A DNA stretch of 64,000 bases, taken from assembly GCA_049513715.1 (NCBI GenBank), contig JBEKVV010000001.1:736001-800000 (forward strand), written 5' to 3'. This DNA comes from Candidatus Bathyarchaeia archaeon. GTDB lineage: Archaea; Thermoproteota; Bathyarchaeia; 40CM-2-53-6. The notes beneath the pieces were generated by a model. It was not told where the DNA came from and ran no database searches. It saw only the letters and a program-made list of their open reading frames with translations. Below, piece by piece: positions 57,894 through 64,000 of this stretch (position 1 is the first letter of the stretch; every line of letters begins with the position of its first letter). The translations under genes were made by a program, and so were the position numbers.

Positions 57894-59149
57894 GCTTGCT
57901 ATTCCGCTATTCGATGGATGGGGCAACAACTCCTCCATCTAATCGCCTCGCTTGAATCGCTGACCTAATCCACTTAAGGATCGCTGGGGGTAAACGATGC
58001 GCTCTACGATAAGGACCTCAGATTCGGCAGAGACTTTGATTGCAAAACACGCACTATTCACTCTACCCTGAAACTCATTTTTCCGGCCGCCTCTAATCTA
58101 GCGCAGCTTACGCAAAGACCATCCACCGAGGGCAATCCCATAGAGACGACAGGGCCGCCACATTCCCTACATTTTGTTGGAACCATCATAAGAAAATCAT
58201 TCATGATCGTTAGAGATGTCGCTAATTACTGGGCAAGAGGCCGAACGCCTCACCCTAACCAACACGCACCTCAAGACGGACTGCTTTTCGATGGAATGCA
58301 GAAAAAACTACCCTACGGCTGTTGAATTCGCTCGAAGTTTGTTGGTAGATTGTGAATTAACCTGGCTCGGTGTCCGAGCGTTTAGTGTTTGAGCTACAAT
58401 TGCAGCACTTGTTGCAGTTCCCGCAGGTTCCACAGAGATAGTAGGCTGATTGATGGCAACTGGGGCATAATCGATCTTCAAGGCCCTTCACAACTTGCTT
58501 CAAAGTCTACCGCGCCCTGCCGCTCGCTTGACCCGCTCTATTGGCCATTCTCTTCCGTTTCTTCTGCCATTCAGGTCTCGTCAAATCAAGACCCTTTCCA
58601 TCAGATTCAGTAACATGCTGCAAACTGAAGAACCTTTCCTGTTACCCTTTCCCTCGAATTGCAAAACAGGGTTCTGCATCCATCATGCCGTCAATCCTTC
58701 ATGCACCCGCGAGGTGCTCCGAACCCCTGACCACTTATGCTTCTGGAATTAAATAGGAAAAGTTCTATTCGCGCGCCTGCTTCAATTCCGTGAGACCTCG
58801 ATTTGACGAAAGGGGTTCTTAGCAGTATCTAGTGTGGGATCGGCTGTGAAAGGAAAGGAGCGGGGTAGAGTCAGAAGAATGAGAAGGACCAGCCGCAGAA
58901 AGGAAGAGAGGAAAGAACACAAGAAAAGGACAGAACGAGGGCTACTAATCCTATAACAAAAAGGAATTACGAAAGAGAGTCGCAAATTCCTAGCTGCGTG
59001 ACATAATTGCCTCAAACTCAAGAGAATAAGACGAGAAGAAGAAAGAGAAGGAAAACGACGAGAGCTCACAACTAAAACCAAGGGTTGCTTCGAGCCCTGC
59101 GACACGAGAAATAAGAAGGACTATTCCCGTTAGAAGGAGGGCTCCTACG

Positions 59150-59251
59150 GTGGTCGAGGGCTACTGTGACCGTTGTGGGTCATGGTCTTACAGTTTATTC
59201 AGACGTAACGCTCAATACTTGTGTGAGCGGTGCGTCGAGCATCGATTTTGA
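59150..59251 (+). CDS. Zinc-finger microprotein (33 aa)
   Basis: GTG start after AGGAGG; MVEGYCDRCGSWSYSLFRRNAQYLCERCVEHRF. Confidence 0.6.
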   Translation: MVEGYCDRCGSWSYSLFRRNAQYLCERCVEHRF

Positions 59252-59516
59252 TTTGCTTAGGCAGTGAAGTCGTCTTTGCAGATTTGAAATCGCATGAATT
59301 TTCAGAAACAGGAAAGCGTGTGGTTATCGGATTGGGGCTCGGAAGAAAGCGTATTGTGTAGTTAATATAGCGCGGATGACATATGCGTTACCAGAGGTAA
59401 CAGCCGGAAACCATGTGGCGTAGGCCACACAATCTTGAGGCTCTCTAAGACGAGGCCTCTGAGTCTAGGTCAAGGTCGTTACCTCACACATAGAAGTTAC
59501 AATTTGATGATCTAAT

Positions 59517-61175
59517 ATGTCCGGACAAGGAATGCAAGTCATGATTCTGAGAGAAGGTTCTCAACGAACAACTGGAAAGGATGCGCAGCGAAACAACATA
59601 CTCGCGGCGAAAGTTATCACTGAAACCATAAAGACCACGCTCGGCCCGCAAGGGATGGACAAAATGCTGGTCTCTGGTATGGGTGACGTAGTCATAACAA
59701 ACGACGGAGCTACCATAATGAAAGAGCTGGATGTTCAACATCCCGCCGCTAAGATGCTTGTTGAGGTAGCAAAGAGCCAAGATAGTGAAGTGGGCGATGG
59801 TACGACCACCGTCGTTGTTCTCGCCGGCGAACTCTTGACGAGGGCGGAGAAGCTTCTTGACCAAGATGTTCACCCGACCGTCATCGTTGAAGGTTACAAG
59901 AAGGCTTCCGACAAAGCTTTGGAGATCCTCCAAAACCTATCAATCGGCATACAACCTGACGACGAAAAGATGCTCAAACTCGTCGCAATGACCTCGATGG
60001 GCACAAAGGCAACTGCTGGAACGAGCGAACACCTCGGAACACTAGCCACGAAAGCCATCCGTCAAGTCATGGAAGAGAGAGATGGCAAGATTACCGCTGA
60101 CATAGACCGAATCAAGGTCTTGAAGAAAAAGGGCGAAAGCATGGAGCAAAGCGAGCTCATCAAGGGCATCGTTGTCGACAAGGAAATCGCACACTCCCAA
60201 ATGCCAAAACAAGTAAAAAACGCAAAAATCGCCCTACTCAACGCGAAACTCGAGATTGAGAAGACCGAATTCGATGCGAAAATTAACATCAATTCACCAG
60301 ACCAAATGAAAGGTTTCCTTGACGAAGAAGAATCAATGCTCCGCGAAATGACGGAAAAGGTAGCGAAGAGCGGGGCCAACGTGATCTTCTGCGAGAAGAG
60401 CATTGACGACCTCGCACTGCACTTCCTCTCCAAGAAGAACATAATGGCTGTCAAAAACGTCAGCAGCGGAGACATGGAAAAACTAGCCAAAGCCACAGGC
60501 GGAACCATACAAGCCAGCACAAAGGACATACCCACCGAAGGACTCGGTGAAGCAAAACTCGTCGAAGAAGTCAAGATCGGAGACGACAAACTCGTCTACG
60601 TTCGCGACTGCAAAGACCCTCACGCCGTCACCGTGATGATCCGGGGCGGTTCCGAACATGTTGTGGACGAAGCCGAACGCTCTTTCCACGACGGTCTCTG
60701 CGTAGTCAGAAACGCCGTCGAGGATGGCAAGATTGTTGCTGGTGGAGGAGCCCCCGAAGCTGAAACAGCAAAGCAACTTCGCGACTACGCTCTAAAAGTA
60801 GGAGGACGCGAACAACTCGCGATCGAAGCCTACGCCGAAGCACTGGAAGCCATCCCCCTCACAATAGCTGAAAACAGCGGACTCGACCCAATCGACATAA
60901 TGGTTGAACTTAGATCAAAACATGCAAACCCAGAAAACAAATGGTTTGGCGTCCAAGTCAAAACCGGCAAGATCGCTGACATGCTCGCGAATAACATAAT
61001 CGAACCACTAAGGGTAAAACAGCAAGCCGTCAAATCCGCCACAGAAGCCGCCTGCATGCTACTACGAATAGATGACATCCTATCCTCAAAAGGCACGAAG
61101 GAAGGAGGTCCTCCAGGAGGCCCCGGCGGGATGCCGGGAGGCATGCCTGGCGGAATGCCCCCAGGCATGATGTAA
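59517..61175 (+). CDS. Thermosome subunit (group II chaperonin)
   Basis: TLGP.GMDKML, TNDGATI, GDGTTT, GGGAPE, LRIDD, GGM-rich tail. Confidence 0.98.
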   Translation: MSGQGMQVMILREGSQRTTGKDAQRNNILAAKVITETIKTTLGPQGMDKMLVSGMGDVVITNDGATIMKELDVQHPAAKMLVEVAKSQDSEVGDGTTTVVVLAGELLTRAEKLLDQDVHPTVIVEGYKKASDKALEILQNLSIGIQPDDEKMLKLVAMTSMGTKATAGTSEHLGTLATKAIRQVMEERDGKITADIDRIKVLKKKGESMEQSELIKGIVVDKEIAHSQMPKQVKNAKIALLNAKLEIEKTEFDAKININSPDQMKGFLDEEESMLREMTEKVAKSGANVIFCEKSIDDLALHFLSKKNIMAVKNVSSGDMEKLAKATGGTIQASTKDIPTEGLGEAKLVEEVKIGDDKLVYVRDCKDPHAVTVMIRGGSEHVVDEAERSFHDGLCVVRNAVEDGKIVAGGGAPEAETAKQLRDYALKVGGREQLAIEAYAEALEAIPLTIAENSGLDPIDIMVELRSKHANPENKWFGVQVKTGKIADMLANNIIEPLRVKQQAVKSATEAACMLLRIDDILSSKGTKEGGPPGGPGGMPGGMPGGMPPGMM

Positions 61176-61181
61176 CCACCC

Positions 61182-61301
61182 TTAAGTCCTCATGATGTTT
61201 CGACCCGCTCGACGTTTCCTCACAGGACCGCGTCCACCAGCCGACTTAGCGGCACGCTTCTTAGCCGCAGTCATTCTGCCGCCTCTGCTTTTCTTTGCCA
61301 T
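61182..61301 (-). CDS. Highly basic 39-aa microprotein
   Basis: GGTGA Shine-Dalgarno plus ATG; MAKKSRGGRMTAAKKRAAKSAGGRGPVRKRRAGRNIMRT. Confidence 0.7.
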   Translation of the reverse strand: MAKKSRGGRMTAAKKRAAKSAGGRGPVRKRRAGRNIMRT

Positions 61302-61348
61302 TTTCAAATCACCCCTTGAATCTCTTTTTCAGGTTTTGTCTCTTCTCT

Positions 61349-61567
61349 CTATCCTGAAGGGTTCGCTTCGTACGTGCTCATTTTTGAGCCGCATGTGGGG
61401 CAATCAGCCATTGCGTAGTCGGTTCGGTGCTTATGCTCTGTGGCCACGACGGTTCTAGGGGCTTTGCACTGAAGGCAGTAAAACAGCATGGGGTGGTTCT
61501 CACGGAACTGGAACTGGGGCTTCAGGTTGGCCCCGCACTGATCGCAGTAATTACTCGAATAACTCAT
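61349..61567 (-). CDS. Small zinc-ribbon protein
   Basis: CDQCG, CLQC, CPTCG knuckles in 72 aa. Confidence 0.65.
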   Translation of the reverse strand: MSYSSNYCDQCGANLKPQFQFRENHPMLFYCLQCKAPRTVVATEHKHRTDYAMADCPTCGSKMSTYEANPSG

Positions 61568-61578
61568 AGGAGAGGCCT

Positions 61579-61734
61579 CTATGACAATATACGGCGCCCT
61601 TGAAGTAGTCTGATGATTATTACGATGAGTGCGATAACGAGCAATAGATGGATTAGACCTCCGCCGATACCGCCAATGAGTCCCAGTAGCCAGAGAATTA
61701 CAATAACCACGACTATGGCCACTAATAGGTCCAT
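61579..61734 (-). CDS. lmo0937/DUF5670 family small membrane protein
   Basis: MDLLVAIVVVIVILWLLG...GGLIHLLLVIALIVIIIRLLQGRR matches the family pattern LWLLG...GG.IH.LLV.A...GRR. Confidence 0.85.
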   Translation of the reverse strand: MDLLVAIVVVIVILWLLGLIGGIGGGLIHLLLVIALIVIIIRLLQGRRILS

Positions 61735-62053
61735 CAACGATTCGCCTCACGACGTATCATAGTTGAATTGCGCTAATAAACGCTACATATTTATATCGTT
61801 AGACTGGCAGACCCAAAAACCTAGTGCGCCGATGTTGTCACTGCAATCCCGACGAACAACGACCAAATTCCAAAAACACATGACCGATTTGTCACGTCCG
61901 CTCGGGTTGAGTTCATACGACCATAAGAGATCGTGTCACGTGACATACTTTTCTGAAAATAAATATAAGATCATAGCGGATCCGGACACATCATGTTCCG
62001 AACGTGACGCGTGCATCGTTTTCCCGACGCCAATAATCGAAGGGTCGCGGGTG

Positions 62054-62563
62054 CTAAGTATCTTTGCTGGCGCGTAATCTGGACATGATCAAATCAGCTA
62101 CCTTGTCCGGGTTCGGAACGTCGACCATTTCTGCGACAATGTTTTCACCAGGCTCCGTCCCGCGAACTAAGCCGTAGCCACTCTTTGTCACAGGAACAAC
62201 GTCCCCATACTTCGCCAATCGACCCACAATACTCTGCGAAACCTGCACATCGCTGATAGACGAGAACGGAATGCGCCGAACACTACGACGCAACAACTGC
62301 TTCTTCACAACAACATCAGAGTCAGTAATCAGATACGTGAACGCGTTCCTACGAACAACACCAATCAACACGCCCAGGAGGCCTATGCCAATCAATCCCA
62401 AGGCTGCATAGCGTAGGAGAGAACCAGCAGATGAAAGTGGAGACTGGAAAAGAAAGCTCACAACGTAAACCACGAGACCCAACAATACTACGACAAAACC
62501 CTTCCAAGCGAACGGCACAAAACTCGGTTTAATCTTAATGTCTTGTTTCGCTTGAGCTGACAA
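62054..62563 (-). CDS. Bacterial PH-domain (bPH_2) membrane protein
   Basis: Two helices then Y.IT...V......L.R....IP...I.DV.V.QS..GR...YG.V, VPNP. Confidence 0.8.
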   Translation of the reverse strand: MSAQAKQDIKIKPSFVPFAWKGFVVVLLGLVVYVVSFLFQSPLSSAGSLLRYAALGLIGIGLLGVLIGVVRRNAFTYLITDSDVVVKKQLLRRSVRRIPFSSISDVQVSQSIVGRLAKYGDVVPVTKSGYGLVRGTEPGENIVAEMVDVPNPDKVADLIMSRLRASKDT

Positions 62564-62971
62564 AACCTTTCGGCTGGTAAAACAGAGGCTTGCTCCGATA
62601 AGGGTTTCTATTAACGATTCGGTTCAACTCAACTGGTGGGCCCGCCCCGCTTCATTAAATGGCTGTACTGTTTGGGTCTCGCCGCAATTCTGTAGGCTAT
62701 CGCGTGGCCACGTGTAAATGCCTCTATTCACTTGCAGTTCCCACAGCGCCTAACGCATTCTCAGGCTTCCGATTCGAATCGCGTCGTTGACCTGCACCTA
62801 GGACAAAGCGAATAAAACGGCGACATGGATGAGTCAGACATCTACGCTCTAGTAATCGACTGCGTCAAGAGCTGGATTACATAGTAACATTCATGCCCCC
62901 GGTTATGCAGAACAATGCTTACATATGTGTACTGATATCTATATATCAGGCAAGGAAGGTGAAAAGAAATC

Positions 62972-63121
62972 ATGAGGGGTAAAAACCAGCAGATAAAGGG
63001 TAAACTTCGTGAACTAGAAGGCAAATTAACATTGAATATGGGCCAAGAGATTAAGGGTAAGGCTGAACAGCGGGTAGGAAAGGTTCGCGAAAAATTGGAA
63101 AAGGCTAAGGCATCGATTTGA
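62972..63121 (+). CDS. CsbD family general stress protein (49 aa)
   Basis: IKGKLRE..GKLT.....E.KGKAEQ.VGK.RE; GGTGA Shine-Dalgarno upstream. Confidence 0.8.
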   Translation: MRGKNQQIKGKLRELEGKLTLNMGQEIKGKAEQRVGKVREKLEKAKASI

Positions 63122-63255
63122 GTTGGATTTCTAGGTGACGATTAAGCGAATAGCTTAATCGTACGTTTTTTCTTTTGCATCATAGACCTGCCACAGTAGA
63201 CTAAGGGATGGTGGCGGACACCAACGGTTAACTCCTGTCGCAGTCATTCGAGGCT

Positions 63256-63573
63256 CTAGCTTTTTTCTCCGGGCTTGCTTCGCGAAAATATGTCCCGTAC
63301 CTTTGAAAGGATTCTTTGTGATACAGAACCGCTTTGAAAACGTGTCTTCTTGTAATCTCTAACTTCCCCTGTCCCGGAAACGGTTACATTGGCGTATTGG
63401 GTGCCCTTTGTTTTTTCCGTCTGCATCGCCCAGGAAATTTCCAATACCCATATGTCTTGCCGTTCTACTGATTTGATTTCCGCTTGTGCGCCTGATTCCT
63501 CTTTCTTGACATACTCCAGGGCGATTTTCTTTGCTTCAGCTTCATCGATCGTTCTTGGCATAGAGACATTCAC
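63256..63573 (-). CDS. Hypothetical protein, PepSY-like
   Basis: IDEAEAKKIALEYV...W.......V.V..TGEV pattern. Confidence 0.55.
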   Translation of the reverse strand: MNVSMPRTIDEAEAKKIALEYVKKEESGAQAEIKSVERQDIWVLEISWAMQTEKTKGTQYANVTVSGTGEVRDYKKTRFQSGSVSQRILSKVRDIFSRSKPGEKS

Positions 63574-63780
63574 GTTGCCTCTACAAGTTTAACCCTTTCG
63601 GGCCACTATCCTTCGTTCAGACCATCGTCAAATGTAAGCTTCGGTGGTGAGTCTCATGGTGCGCGGGATCTAGATCGATTGGCTCCTTGCTGGGTACGTA
63701 GGTACTCTGAAATTCGACGTATAACTGAGACTTAATACTCACCGAATGGCATGTGGTGGTTTTCTGTTGAGATTTGGTTT

Positions 63781-63999
63781 CTAGAGTCGGCTGCAGATTT
63801 TCTTTGATACTATTGCTGAGGATATGAAGAGCGTCGATAGCACTATTGTGGCTGTGGATATTATGAGGGCTGGTTGTGATGCGAGTAGCTCTCCGAACAT
63901 CAGAGCCCCTAATCCGCCGAAGAGCATGGCGGCGAGCGCTCTCTCAAGCATCCCCTGACCCTTCCAATTGCGGAGACGCCTGAACCTGGCTCTTAGGAC
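63781..63999 (-). CDS. Membrane protein, 3' part (truncated by window edge)
   Basis: Open frame with two hydrophobic segments ending ...SKKICSRL*. Confidence 0.5.
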   Translation of the reverse strand, partial: VLRARFRRLRNWKGQGMLERALAAMLFGGLGALMFGELLASQPALIISTATIVLSTLFISSAIVSKKICSRL

Positions 64000-64000
64000 T

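Noticed and set aside
61105..61172. Tandem repeat at the end of the thermosome gene
   Set aside because: Ordinary GGM/PGGM chaperonin tail.
63657..63667. TGGTGCGCGGG as the reverse complement of a tRNA 3' end
   Set aside because: No T-arm or BHB-interrupted T-arm could be built next to it.
1..64000. CRISPR array, transposase, integrase, rRNA, and the many antisense ORFs in the track
   Set aside because: No regularly spaced repeats or recognisable mobile-element proteins were seen. ORFs nested in confident genes are treated as shadows.

Overview
Archaeal chromosomal window, probably a TACK-group organism and plausibly Bathyarchaeia. The lineage is inferred from BHB tRNA introns, a thermosome, an archaeal-type FBP aldolase/phosphatase, pantoate kinase, A-type ATPase subunits and frequent TTG starts. 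Contents in order: a PMT-family glycosyltransferase and argS with tRNA-Arg(CCG); an MntR regulator with two Nramp transporters; ElaB/YqjE-like small membrane proteins; a ThiI/ThiF sulfur-relay block; a respiratory block (Rieske, cytochrome b, CuA protein, heme o synthase); a complex I membrane arm (A-H-J-K-M-L-M...N) split by an inverted block of ATPase subunits H-E-C-K; gluconeogenesis genes; an acyl-CoA dehydrogenase/Fix-ETF operon; CoA biosynthesis genes; an MIO-lyase; a thermosome; and several unannotated microproteins. The strongest finds come from manual reconstruction. (1) A tRNA-Gln(CTG) gene split by four BHB introns into five exons, two of them only 8 nt. (2) A tRNA-Cys(GCA) gene with three introns, including unusual positions 8/9 and 48/49. 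(3) A '2M' complex I whose NuoL lateral helix carries an apparent 26-aa tandem duplication and whose cluster lacks nuoB/C/D/I. (4) A ~240-nt highly structured orphan RNA candidate. All calls are by eye; no database searches were run.
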